This document shows, in pieces, positions 19,599 through 29,163 of a DNA stretch of 64,000 nt; position 1 is the stretch's first letter, and each line of letters begins with the position of its first letter. Made by a program: the position numbers and the translations under genes. The DNA comes from Candidatus Latescibacterota bacterium (GTDB lineage Bacteria; Latescibacterota; UBA2968; UBA8231): contig OZ220089.1 in the NCBI GenBank assembly GCA_964291625.2, forward strand, positions 4,544,001-4,608,000. Reading direction: 5' to 3'. The notes below the pieces were generated by a model. The model saw only the letters and a program-made list of their open reading frames with translations. It was not told the DNA's origin and made no database searches.

Positions 19599-20324
19599 CT
19601 ACCGGGTGAGCTCCGCGATGGCGCGCACCGTCCGGTGGGGCGCCGCGGGGGCATCGGCGGGCAGTCCGTGGCCGCGGACGTCGACCCAGACCGTGTGCAG
19701 GCCCAGCCGGCGGCAGGGCTCGATCTCCCACTGGAGGTTGTCGCCCACCATCCAGGCCTGGTGCGGACTCGCGCCCAGGGCCTTGAGGGCGTGCCGGAAG
19801 ACGCGCTCATCCGGCTTGCCCGCGCCGAACTCCTCCTCGATGACGATGCAGCGGAAGAACCCGGCCAGGTCGAAGCGCTCGATCTTGGCGCGCTGGCCGG
19901 CGGCGTCGCCGTTGGTGACCAGGGCCAGGGGCACCCCGGCCGCGGCGAAGTGGCGCAGGGTTTTCACGGCGCCGGCGAAGGGCCGGATCGCGGCCGTGCG
20001 CGCTTCGGTGAACTCCGCGGCCAGACGCCGGGAGAGGGACTCGGGAGCCCCGTCGTCGCGGATCCCCAGGGCGCGCAGGGCCTCGGCGACGTTGGCGCGC
20101 CTCGTGTTGGCCAGGTCCAGCCGCCCCTGCCGGTGACGCTCGGGGTCCGACCACCAGGCGCGGGAGACCGCGGCGATCGAGCGGCGTACCCGCTCCGGCG
20201 GCACGCCCCCGAACTCTCCGGCGAACCTCTTCGTCACCTCCTCCCAGGCGGGTGCGGCCACGGCCTCGAACTCGATGATCGTGTCGTCGAGGTCGAAGAG
20301 GATCGCTTCAGGTGGTTCAGGCAT
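19599..20324 (-). CDS. HAD family hydrolase (YjjG/YigB-like nucleotidase)
   Basis: FDLDDT motif I, VTNG, GKPD and MVGDN. The start overlaps the purA 3' end. Confidence 0.9.
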   Translation of the reverse strand: MPEPPEAILFDLDDTIIEFEAVAAPAWEEVTKRFAGEFGGVPPERVRRSIAAVSRAWWSDPERHRQGRLDLANTRRANVAEALRALGIRDDGAPESLSRRLAAEFTEARTAAIRPFAGAVKTLRHFAAAGVPLALVTNGDAAGQRAKIERFDLAGFFRCIVIEEEFGAGKPDERVFRHALKALGASPHQAWMVGDNLQWEIEPCRRLGLHTVWVDVRGHGLPADAPAAPHRTVRAIAELTR

Positions 20325-21615
20325 CCGGTGCTCCGGGTTGGCGGCGGATCAGGGCGCGGCGATGGGGGCCCACCGAGAGCAGGGAGATCGGCGTCTCGAT
20401 CAGGGCCTCCAGGCGATCGACGTAACGGCGGGCGGCGTCGGGCAGCTCCTGCCAGCGGCGGACCCCCGAGATGTCGGCGCGCCAGCCCGGCAAAGTCTGG
20501 CACACGGGCTCGGCGCGCTCCAGATCCCGGGTGCAAGGAAAGTCGGTGGTCTCCCGGCCGTCGATCCGGTACGCCGTGCACAGGGGAATCTCGTCCAGGT
20601 AACCGAGGACGTCGACGTTGCTCAGGGCCACGCTGGTGGCGCCCTGGAGACGGCAGCCGTAGCGGGTGGCCACGGCGTCGAAGGGGCCGACCCGCCGCGG
20701 CCGGCCGGTGGTGGCGCCGTACTCGCCCCGGTCACCGCCCCGCCGCCGCAGCTCCTGGCCGGCCGCCCCCTTCCATTCGGTGACGAAGGGGCCGGCGCCG
20801 ACACAGCTCGAGTAGGCCTTGGCCACGGCGACGATCTCGTCGATCGACGGGGGAGGGACTCCGAGTCCGACGCACGCGAAGCCGGCCAGGGTGGAGGACG
20901 ACGTCGAGTAGGGGTAGATGCCGTGGTCGGGATCCCGCAGCGCCCCGAGCTGGCCTTCCGCCAGGATGCGCTCGCCCGCGGCCAGCCGCTGCCTCAGGAG
21001 GGCGCCGGTGTCGCGGACCATGGGCCGCAGCCGCTCGATCATGGGGGAGAGGTGGTCGCAGAGGCCGTCGACGGTCATCTCCCCGCGGTCGTAGAGGTGG
21101 CGAAAGAGGACGTTGCGCGCCTCCAGGGAGCGGCCGAGTCGCTCCCGCAGCCAGTTCCGATCGAAGAGATCTCCCACCCGCAGGCCCACCTTGAGGCACT
21201 TGTCCGCGTAGAACGGAGCCATGCCGGCGCGGGTGGAGCCGAAGGCCCTCTCGCCGAGACGCTCCTCCTCGCAGCGGTCGGCGATCACGTGGGAGGGCAG
21301 GACGACCTGGGCCCGGTCCGATATCACCAGGTCCGGCGCCGGCACGCCGCCGGCCGTCAGCCCGTTCAGCTCCTCCAGCAGGGCGGCGGGATCGACGGCG
21401 ACGCCGGGGCCGAGGAGGTTGGTCACGCCCGGACGGAAGACCCCCGAGGGCAACAGGTGCAGGGCGAACCTGCCCAGGTCGTTGACGATGGTGTGACCGG
21501 CGTTGCGGCCCCCCTGGAAGCGGGCCACGACGCCGGCGCCGGCGGCCAGGGCGTCGGTGATCTTGCCCTTGCCCTCGTCGCCCCAGGCGGCTCCGACCAC
21601 GGCGGTGACGGGCAC
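20317..21615 (-). CDS. purA: Adenylosuccinate synthetase
   Basis: WGDEGKGK, QGGRNAGHT, LHLLPSG, EGQLG..RDPDHGIYPYSTSS, EYGATTGRPRRVG and SVGP. Confidence 0.95.
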   Translation of the reverse strand: MPVTAVVGAAWGDEGKGKITDALAAGAGVVARFQGGRNAGHTIVNDLGRFALHLLPSGVFRPGVTNLLGPGVAVDPAALLEELNGLTAGGVPAPDLVISDRAQVVLPSHVIADRCEEERLGERAFGSTRAGMAPFYADKCLKVGLRVGDLFDRNWLRERLGRSLEARNVLFRHLYDRGEMTVDGLCDHLSPMIERLRPMVRDTGALLRQRLAAGERILAEGQLGALRDPDHGIYPYSTSSSTLAGFACVGLGVPPPSIDEIVAVAKAYSSCVGAGPFVTEWKGAAGQELRRRGGDRGEYGATTGRPRRVGPFDAVATRYGCRLQGATSVALSNVDVLGYLDEIPLCTAYRIDGRETTDFPCTRDLERAEPVCQTLPGWRADISGVRRWQELPDAARRYVDRLEALIETPISLLSVGPHRRALIRRQPGAPDA

Positions 21616-21680
21616 GGCGAATCCTCCGGTGATGGCGAAGTGTCAGGAGTGTCAGCGGGGAATCTGCAGAGGACGATGGC

Positions 21681-21726
21681 ATAAGCCAAGATGATTCTTC
21701 TTATACTTAAGATAAGCAAATTCGAT
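21681..21726. promoter_or_regulatory. AT-rich divergent promoter with two T-N11-A LysR boxes
   Basis: ATAAGCCAAGATGAT (21681-21695) and ATAAGCAAATTCGAT (21712-21726) each contain T-N11-A and are 31 bp apart. There is also an ATAAG...CTTAT dyad. The region lies between purA and the LysR gene. Confidence 0.6.
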
Positions 21727-21746
21727 ACTCAACCCGGAGGTGGCCC

Positions 21747-22640
21747 TTGGAGCTTCAACAGTTGCGCGGATTCTGCGAGGTCGCCCGCCAGGGCAGCTTC
21801 TCGCGCGCCGCGGACCGGTTGTTCCTGACCCAGCCGGCCGTCAGTCAGCAGGTCAAGTCGCTGGAGGAGGAGCTCGGGCAGGGCCTGCTGGAGCGAGGCC
21901 GGAAGGGTGTGCGCCTCACCGACGCCGGCGAGATCCTGTTCCGGAGGGCCCGGTCGGTGCTCGGGGAGCTGGCGGCGGCGCGGGCCGAGCTGGAGCAGAT
22001 GGGGACAGGCGTTCGCGGCCGGGTGCTGCTGGCCACGAGCGACACCAACTGCACGTACGTCCTGCCGCCGGTGCTGCGCCGGTTCCGCGAGCGCTTCCCC
22101 GAGGTCGAGGTCGACATCCGAAACAAGATGTCCCCCGAGATCGGCCAGTTGGTGCTGGCGGACGAGATCGACTTCGGGCTGGCCACCCTGCCGATCAGCG
22201 GTCGCGGGCTGTCGGCGGAACCGGTCTTCGAGCGGCGGGACGTGTGGATCTGCCCGGTGGGCCACCCCCTCTCGGGCCGCAAGGCGGTCCTGCCGGCCAC
22301 GGTGGGGCGCTTCCCGCTACTGGCCCTCGAGCGCGGCAGCCAGAGCCGCTCCCTTCTCGACACCGTGCTGCGCGGCGCCGGAGCGGCCCCCTCGATCGCC
22401 ATGGAGCTGGGCAGCATCGAGATCATCAAGCGCTTCGTGGAGATCGGCTTCGGCGTCGCCCTGGTGCCGCGCGTCTCCGTGGCCGACGAGGTGGCGGCGG
22501 GACGGCTGGCGGCGGTCGCCGCCCGGGGGGTGCCGCGGCGCTCCGTCGGTCTCGTGCGGCACCGGGGGCGTCCGGCGTCACCGGCCGCCGCGGCGCTGAT
22601 GGAGCTGATGCGCGGGGAGCTGGCGGGGTTGCGCTACTGA
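21747..22640 (+). CDS. LysR family transcriptional regulator
   Basis: LQQLRGF..VARQGSFSRAADRLFLTQPAVSQQVKSLEEELG HTH, followed by a substrate-binding domain. Confidence 0.95.
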   Translation: MELQQLRGFCEVARQGSFSRAADRLFLTQPAVSQQVKSLEEELGQGLLERGRKGVRLTDAGEILFRRARSVLGELAAARAELEQMGTGVRGRVLLATSDTNCTYVLPPVLRRFRERFPEVEVDIRNKMSPEIGQLVLADEIDFGLATLPISGRGLSAEPVFERRDVWICPVGHPLSGRKAVLPATVGRFPLLALERGSQSRSLLDTVLRGAGAAPSIAMELGSIEIIKRFVEIGFGVALVPRVSVADEVAAGRLAAVAARGVPRRSVGLVRHRGRPASPAAAALMELMRGELAGLRY

Positions 22641-22791
22641 TCCGGGCCCTCGAGGTCGGTGCGGCCGGGGCGCCTGGGCGGTCGTAGAGGGCGCTCCTGG
22701 CCTCGGTGGGATCTGCCACGGGGCACCCGGCGTGGGGGGCGAGCTCCGACAGGCCAGGCTCGCCATCAGAAATCAGGTCGGGGTGGCGGTC

Positions 22792-24078
22792 TCAGCCCGT
22801 GGGAAGAGGAAAGTCGCGGTCCTGGGTCTCCTCGATCCACTGCCGCAGGTAGCGCCTGTGCGCGGCCAGGACCTGCCCCTTGGAGGGATCGGCCGCCAGG
22901 TTGCCGGTCTCCCCGGGGTCCTCCTCCAGATCGAAGAGCACCTCTCGGGGCCGGCCCTCGGAGAAGGCCGCGTACTTGTGCTGCTGGGACACGACGATGC
23001 GCGCCGCGAAGGCGAGGTCCTGGTCGTCCGGGTGCAGTTCCGTGACGACGTACTGCCGTCCGGGGGCGTCACTCTCAACGGCGCCGCGCAGACTGTGGCC
23101 GACCACCCCCTCCGGGACCGGCAGCCCCGCGTAGTCGCACAGGGTGGGAAGCAGGTCCAGGCCGGAGGCGAGCTGGTTCCGCACCCGTCCCCGGGGGATC
23201 ACTCCCGGCCACGACAGGGTCAGGGGCACGGAGACTACGCTCTCCCACAGCATCAGCTTCACCACCCAGCGGTGGCGGGCCATGCCCTCCCCGTGGTCGC
23301 TGGTGAAGGCCACGAGGGTCTCCGCTTCGAGTCCTGCATCGCCGAGGGCCTGCAGAATGCGCCCCGTCTCGGCGTCGGCGCGCTCGGTCAGGGCGTGGTA
23401 TTCCCGGAGGTAGCGGCGCCAGTCGCCGCGGTCCCAGTCCCGCGTGAAGGTGTTCTCCGGCCCGTAGTGGGTGCGCTGCCGGCACCGGCGGATGAAGTCG
23501 GGCTCGTCCGGGTCCGGCTCGAAGCCGGCGGGCAGCGGCGGCAGGGGGCCGCCGCCGACGGTGTCCGGCGCCCGACCCATCACCCAGTAGCAGATGTCGT
23601 GAGGGTTGACCAGGGTCACGCCGAGGAAGAAGGGGCGTTGGCGCCCCGGCCTGCGCAGGTAGCGGATGGCCGCGTCGGCGATGGCGGTGTCGCTCTCGCG
23701 GCCAAGGCGGGTGCCGATGCCATCGGGCAGGAGCAGCTCGAATCGAGGTCCCCCGGTCGACTCGGGAGGCTCTCCGGGACGGATGCCCACCCAGCCCACG
23801 TCGTACCCGTGGCTCAGGAAGTGGCCGCAGAGCTCGGGCATGGCCGCGGTCCAGGGCATGCCGTTGGCCATCAGGCCGGTCTGGTGGGGTGGCCGTCCGG
23901 TGGCCAGGCTGGCGCGCGAGGGACTGCTGACCGGGGCCGCGCAGTAGGCGCGGGTGAAGCGCACGCCCGACGCCGAGAGGGAGTCGAGGTGGGGGGTGTG
24001 CACCCACTCGTTGCCGGCGGCGGACTGAGCGAAGCGGGACTGCTGATCGGTGATGACGAGGAGGACGTTCGGCGGCAT
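22792..24078 (-). CDS. Sulfatase (Ser-type formylglycine motif)
   Basis: PNVLLVITDQ, SSPSRASLATGR (SxPxR), NPHD, FTSDHGE and LFDLEEDPGETGNLA. Confidence 0.9.
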   Translation of the reverse strand: MPPNVLLVITDQQSRFAQSAAGNEWVHTPHLDSLSASGVRFTRAYCAAPVSSPSRASLATGRPPHQTGLMANGMPWTAAMPELCGHFLSHGYDVGWVGIRPGEPPESTGGPRFELLLPDGIGTRLGRESDTAIADAAIRYLRRPGRQRPFFLGVTLVNPHDICYWVMGRAPDTVGGGPLPPLPAGFEPDPDEPDFIRRCRQRTHYGPENTFTRDWDRGDWRRYLREYHALTERADAETGRILQALGDAGLEAETLVAFTSDHGEGMARHRWVVKLMLWESVVSVPLTLSWPGVIPRGRVRNQLASGLDLLPTLCDYAGLPVPEGVVGHSLRGAVESDAPGRQYVVTELHPDDQDLAFAARIVVSQQHKYAAFSEGRPREVLFDLEEDPGETGNLAADPSKGQVLAAHRRYLRQWIEETQDRDFPLPTG

Positions 24079-24157
24079 GCGGGGACCGTCGTAGTTGGTG
24101 GCGGGCGGGCGGGATACCATATTGGCGCCCGGAGAGACGAGCAACCGGGAGAGGGAG

Positions 24158-25039
24158 ATGAGCGAGTCCGGCCCTTACGTCATGCCCGACGAGGAGAAGT
24201 ACTACTTCGACCTGCAGGGGTACCTGGTCGTGCGCGGGGCCCTGTCCGCCGACGAGGTGCGGGCCTGCAACGACGCCGTCGACCACCACGCCGGCAGCAT
24301 CCGCACTCGCCCCGTGGAGGGAGGCGGTCTGGCGCGGGGCTCCGCGGCCCTCGCCGGCGGCTCCGGCCGCCGCGAGCTGACCGGGATGCTCGGCTGGCCG
24401 GCGCCCTACCGCCAACCCTTCCGCGACCTGCTGGTGCACCCCGTGGTCGTGTCGCGGCTCAACGAGATCTGTGGCCGCGGCTTCCGCCTCGACCACGGAC
24501 CGCTGCTGATCGGCGCGGCGGCCGGCACCGAGGGACACCTGCTGCACGGCGCCGGCGAGCCCTTCAGCCCCGCCAACTCGTATCACCACCAGAACTCGGT
24601 GATCTCCTGCCGCGGCGTCACCGTGGCCTGGCAGCTGACCGACGTGGGCGAGGGGGACGGCGGCTTCGCGGTGGTCCCGGGCAGCCACAAGTCGCGGGAG
24701 CCCACCCCCCGGGGGGTGCGCACCGTGGAGGACGACATGGGCCTTGTGGTGCAGCCGGCCATGGCGGCGGGCGACGTGCTGTTCTTCGCCGAGACCGCCA
24801 CCCACGGCACCCTGCCGTGGAAGGGAAGGGGCGAACGCCGCTCGGTGCTCTACAAGTACGCCGAACGCGGCGCGGCCCGGGCCGTGGGCCGGCACTTCGG
24901 GCCCCGGGACCGCTACGGCGAGTGGACCGAGGAGCTCACCGAGGCTGAGCGGGCGCTCATGTACGGCCCCGGCGTGCACGGCCGGATGCCGCTGCTGGAG
25001 TCGGACGGCGCCAACGTGCGCGTCGTGGACAGAGGCTGA
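24158..25039 (+). CDS. PhyH-fold Fe(II)/2OG enzyme, HxA variant
   Basis: EKYYFDLQGYLV, LLHGAG, GGFAVVPGSHK and GDVLFFAETATHGT..ERRS. Confidence 0.85.
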   Translation: MSESGPYVMPDEEKYYFDLQGYLVVRGALSADEVRACNDAVDHHAGSIRTRPVEGGGLARGSAALAGGSGRRELTGMLGWPAPYRQPFRDLLVHPVVVSRLNEICGRGFRLDHGPLLIGAAAGTEGHLLHGAGEPFSPANSYHHQNSVISCRGVTVAWQLTDVGEGDGGFAVVPGSHKSREPTPRGVRTVEDDMGLVVQPAMAAGDVLFFAETATHGTLPWKGRGERRSVLYKYAERGAARAVGRHFGPRDRYGEWTEELTEAERALMYGPGVHGRMPLLESDGANVRVVDRG

Positions 25040-25053
25040 GGGGAGGGACCGCC

Positions 25054-25929
25054 ATGGACGAGAGAGAGCGCTACTTCTGGGACCTGACGGGCTACCTCGT
25101 GGTGCCCCAGGTGCTGACCGCCGAAGAGCTGAAGGCGGCCAACGCGGCCCTCGACTTCTGCCACGAGCAGGGGCTCGTGCACCACGCCGCGCAGGGTTCC
25201 AGGGCGCGGGATTCGCGGCGCCTGGGGGGCAGCGGTCACATCAACATCACGGCCTCCGAGGAACTGCTCACCCTGCCGAAGCCGCACTGCGATCCCTTCC
25301 GGCGCATGCTCGCCCACCCGGCCGTGGTGAGCCGCCTGAACGAGATGTGCGGACAGGGCTTCCGTTTCGACCACGGACCCCACTACATCGGCGGCGCCGA
25401 GGGCACGGCGGGGCTGACCATGCACGGCGCCGGTGAGCCGCACCGGCCGTTCGTCGCCTATCACCACCAGGCCGGCCGGGGCTACTGCGCCGGCGTCACC
25501 GTGGCCTGGAACCTGGCCGACGCGGGTCCCGGCGACGGCGGGTTCGCCTGCGTGCCCGGGAGCCACAAGGCGGGGTTCTCCATGCCCCGCGGGGTGCGCA
25601 CCGCGGACGACGACATGGGCCTGGTGACGCAGCCCGAGGTGAGGGCCGGGGATGTCCTGTTCTTCATGGATGGCGCCCAGACCCACGGTACCCTGCCGTG
25701 GACCGCCGGCCACGATCGGCGGTCGGTGCTGTTCAAGTACGCCGGACGCACTGCCACGCGCACGGGCCGCTCCGCCCAACTCGCGCCACCGCAGATCCAC
25801 TGGGGGGAAGAGCTTGTGGAAGAGATGTCGGACGTGGAGAGGGCGGTCATGTACGGCCCGGCGTCGGCGCCGGGAACCGACCGGGTCTATCTCACCGTCG
25901 ACGAGGACGGTACCGTGCGCGTGGGCTGA
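25054..25929 (+). CDS. PhyH-fold Fe(II)/2OG enzyme, HxA variant (tandem paralogue of the previous gene)
   Basis: ERYFWDLTGYLV, TMHGAG, GGFACVPGSHK and GDVLFFMDGAQTHGT..DRRS. Confidence 0.85.
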   Translation: MDERERYFWDLTGYLVVPQVLTAEELKAANAALDFCHEQGLVHHAAQGSRARDSRRLGGSGHINITASEELLTLPKPHCDPFRRMLAHPAVVSRLNEMCGQGFRFDHGPHYIGGAEGTAGLTMHGAGEPHRPFVAYHHQAGRGYCAGVTVAWNLADAGPGDGGFACVPGSHKAGFSMPRGVRTADDDMGLVTQPEVRAGDVLFFMDGAQTHGTLPWTAGHDRRSVLFKYAGRTATRTGRSAQLAPPQIHWGEELVEEMSDVERAVMYGPASAPGTDRVYLTVDEDGTVRVG

Positions 25930-25951
25930 CCCAACGGGCGGATGGGCGCCC

Positions 25952-26788
25952 TCAGATCGTGGGCCGGACCTTGTCCGCCCCCTCGAAGAGGACCCTGCGC
26001 ACCGCCGCCGTGGCGCGCTCGTGGAACTCGACGGCTACCGGATCGAAGTCCCTTGCGGGCCTCGGCGCATGGGTGAAGTGGCCGTGCCGGTCCTCCCCCC
26101 GCACCAGGGCGGCGCTGTCCCATTCGCCCACCATCTGGCGGGTGCTCGTGGGCATGTAGTGCAGGGACAGGCCGATGCGCCGGTCCGGCGAGAGGTTGGG
26201 GCCCGAGGCGTGGGCAAGCCTCACGTTGTGCAGCGACACCTGGCCCGCCTGCAGGGGCATGGCCACGGTCCGGGCCTCGTCCACCTCGACGGCGATTTCC
26301 TGTCCCCGGGTGAGGAGGTTGTCGGGCTTGTACTCGTCCTTGTGCTGCATCATGTCTCCGCGGTGGCTGCCCGGCAACACGCGCATGCACCCGCTCTCCA
26401 GCGTGGCCGGCGACAGGGCCAGCCAGACGGTGACCAGATCGTTCGTGTCCAGGCCCCAGTAGCGCAGATCCTGGTGCCAGGAGACGAAGCTCTCGCTGCC
26501 GGACTCCTTGATCCAGAAGAGGGTGTTCCAGCACAGCAGGTCTGGCCCGATCAGGTCCTCCACGGCATCGAGGATGGCCGGCAGCCGCATCAGGTCGTCG
26601 ACCCAGCGGAAGAGCAGGTGGGACTTGCTGCGCTGAGCTCCGGAGATCGGCTCGCCCTGGGCGGCCTCGAAGGCCTCCAGGCGGGCCCGATTCTCGGCGG
26701 CTGCCGCCGTCTCCAGAACCTGCACGGGGAAGTAGTACCCGTCGCGGTGGTACTGCTCGACGGCCGCGTCACTCAGGGCTCTGGGCAT
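25952..26788 (-). CDS. Phytanoyl-CoA dioxygenase family protein (canonical HxD)
   Basis: WHQD, VWLAL, GCMRVLPGSH and LAHASGPN...RRIG. Confidence 0.9.
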   Translation of the reverse strand: MPRALSDAAVEQYHRDGYYFPVQVLETAAAAENRARLEAFEAAQGEPISGAQRSKSHLLFRWVDDLMRLPAILDAVEDLIGPDLLCWNTLFWIKESGSESFVSWHQDLRYWGLDTNDLVTVWLALSPATLESGCMRVLPGSHRGDMMQHKDEYKPDNLLTRGQEIAVEVDEARTVAMPLQAGQVSLHNVRLAHASGPNLSPDRRIGLSLHYMPTSTRQMVGEWDSAALVRGEDRHGHFTHAPRPARDFDPVAVEFHERATAAVRRVLFEGADKVRPTI

Positions 26789-26953
26789 GACATCTCTCCA
26801 GCTGTGAAGTTGCCCCTTGCAGGGCAGGCGGTGTTGATTCGAAGCGAAGCCCGCTCACGGTACCTGAGCGGCCGATGCAGTACTCTAAGGTGCGCCGCGG
26901 GTCCGTGTGGACGCAAGACGCCGGTCCCGCAGAGACTCGAGGGAGGATAGACG

Positions 26954-28037
26954 ATGCCAGCTGATTCAGATGCAAGGGTTCTCGTGTACGTGGGGACCTA
27001 CAACGAAGATCCCGAGAAAGGGATCTACCACTTCCTCCTCGATCCCGCTTCCGGCTCCCTGGAGCCGGCGGGCCGGACGGCGGGGGTGCCGACGCCGTTC
27101 TTCGTACGGGTCGACGCCGCAGGCCGGCGGCTCTACGCCGCCAACGCCCTCGACGAGTGCGACGGCGTCGGGCAGGGGGCTGTGAGCGCCTTCGACATAG
27201 ATCCTTCGACGGGCGCCCTGAGCTTCCTCGGCCGCCAGCCGTCGGGGGGCACCCTGCCGTGCTACATCGACTTCGACCGCGAGGGGCGGTTCCTGCTGAC
27301 TGGCAACTACAACTCCGGCTCCGTCGCCGTCCTGCCCGTCGAGGCCGGCGGACTCGGCCCTGCGGTGGCGACGGTGCAGCACGAGGGATCGAGCGTCGAC
27401 GAGGAGCGCCAGGAGGGACCGCACGTGCACTGCATGGTTCTGGACCCCAGCGGGCGCTGGGCCCTGGCCGCCGACCTGGGAACCGACGAGGTGAGGGTCT
27501 ACGGGCTCACGGAAGAGGGAGGCCTCAGGCCGGCCGATCCTCCCGCGGCCTCCAGCGCGCCGGGGGCGGGGCCGAGGCATATCGCCTTCCATCCGCGGCG
27601 GTCCGTGGCCTACGTGCTCAACGAGCTGGACACCACTCTCTCGGTCTTCGACTGGGATCCGGAGAAGGGGCGGCTCACCGAGCGGCAGACGGTCTCGGCC
27701 CTGCCCCCCGGATTCGACGGACACAACCACGCCGCCGACGTCAAGATCCTGTCCTCGGGGCGCTTCCTCTACCTCCAACCGCGGCCATGACAGCATCGCC
27801 GTCTTCGCCGTGGACGAGGCCACCGGCTGCGTCGAGATCGTCGGTCACGAACCGGCCCAGGGGAGCTGGCCCTGGAACCTGGGCATCGATCCCACGGCGC
27901 GCTGCCTGCTGGCGGCGAATTTCGAGAGCGACTGCGTGAGCGTGTTCCGCATCGACGGCGACTCGGGGGGGCTCACCCCCACGGGAGTGAGGGCGAGAGT
28001 CCCGAAGCCGGTCTGCGTGACCATGCTCCACGGGTAG
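26954..28037 (+). CDS. Lactonase family beta-propeller (6-phosphogluconolactonase-like), frameshift at about 27772
   Basis: YVGTY, GNYNSGS, RQEGPHVH, ADLGTD, GAGPRHIAFHP and LNEL. The conserved Y-x-SNRGHDSI is split across frames. The C-terminus is the 27810..28037 ORF (WPWNL..LLAAN..PKPVCV). Confidence 0.85.
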
Positions 28038-28067
28038 CCTGGCCGCTCCGGACCGGATCGATCGCCT

Positions 28068-29048
28068 TCACCCGGGGCTCCCGCGGCGGGTGACGACGAC
28101 GTTTCTGCCCATCCCCTTGGCCTCGTACATGGCGGCATCCGCCGAGCCCACGGCTTCCGCGGCGTCGGCCGGCACACCGCTGTAGATCCCGATGGAGACC
28201 GTGCCCTCCGTGCGGTCCTCCACCTCGCTGCGCAGGCGTTCGGCCAGGGCCCTGGCCTTGCCGGGGTCGCCGCCTTCGAGGGCGACGGCGAACTCGTCCG
28301 CACCCCAGCGAACGATGACGTCGGAACGCCGGACCACGCTGCGCAGGACCCTGGCCAGGGCGAGGATGAAGCGGTCCCCGGCCTCGTGTCCGCCCTCGTC
28401 GTTGATCTCCTTGAGGGTGTCGCAGTCCAGGAACAGCAGGGCCAGGGGGCGGTTGGAGCGCCGCGAGGCGGCGACCATCCGGCCAAAGATCTCGTCGAAT
28501 CCCCTCCGGTTGTGCAGGCCGGTGAGGGGGTCCACACGGGAGTCGATCTCCAGTTGCCGGGCTCTGGAGGCGTTGAGTCGGGCCAGGTCCCGGAACATCT
28601 CTTCGGCCACTCCACCCGGGTCCGAAGCCCCGGTGTCCTCCTCCCGGATCCAGAGAATCCGGCGGCAGCCCAGCTGCCTGGAGAGAGCCAGGAGCCGCGA
28701 AGCGGCACGCAGGAGCAGGCGTCCTGTCTCCTCCGCGGGCGTCAGCCAGGCCGGGTCGACGACCACACCGCCCCCGCACAGGCCGTCGGGCAGGGGCTGC
28801 CTCGAGACCCGCTCGACGGAGGGGTTGAGCAGGGCGAAGTTGGACCCGCCGAGGCGGTAGGCGGCCCCGGAAGAAGCCGGGGCCAGGCTCCGGAGACCTG
28901 ATCCTCCGTCATCGTCCCCTTCCAGGGTCTGGATGTGGACCAGCAGAAGGGAGTGGAGGCGGTCTTCGCGCAGGGCCTCGGCCAGGTCGGCCTCGAGCCG
29001 CGAGGCGCCCGGGAGGAGGTTCAAGCGGTGATCCTCTGCTCGCGGCAA
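28068..29048 (-). CDS. GGDEF-domain protein (GADEF active site) with N-terminal degenerate GGDEF-like segment
   Basis: DPLTGLHNRRGF, LDCDTLKEINDEGGHEAGD, RRSD I-site, RWGADEF, TVSIG and ADAAMYEAK..GRN. Confidence 0.85.
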   Translation of the reverse strand: MPRAEDHRLNLLPGASRLEADLAEALREDRLHSLLLVHIQTLEGDDDGGSGLRSLAPASSGAAYRLGGSNFALLNPSVERVSRQPLPDGLCGGGVVVDPAWLTPAEETGRLLLRAASRLLALSRQLGCRRILWIREEDTGASDPGGVAEEMFRDLARLNASRARQLEIDSRVDPLTGLHNRRGFDEIFGRMVAASRRSNRPLALLFLDCDTLKEINDEGGHEAGDRFILALARVLRSVVRRSDVIVRWGADEFAVALEGGDPGKARALAERLRSEVEDRTEGTVSIGIYSGVPADAAEAVGSADAAMYEAKGMGRNVVVTRRGSPG

Positions 29049-29163
29049 GGGGGTGGGCCTTCGTCGGCGTGGACGGGCGAGTCTCCGATTGACGGCCCCG
29101 GGAGGATTCCCCTTCCTACCAACGGTGGACCTGGCCGTTCCCCAAAGAGATCAGGAGTCGTCG

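Noticed and set aside
20317-21615. PurZ (2-aminoadenine, Z-genome) system suggested by a PurA homologue next to a phosphohydrolase
   Set aside because: The catalytic Asp is retained (GDEGKG; PurZ has Ser here), the GTP-specifying Asp is retained, and there is no phage context.
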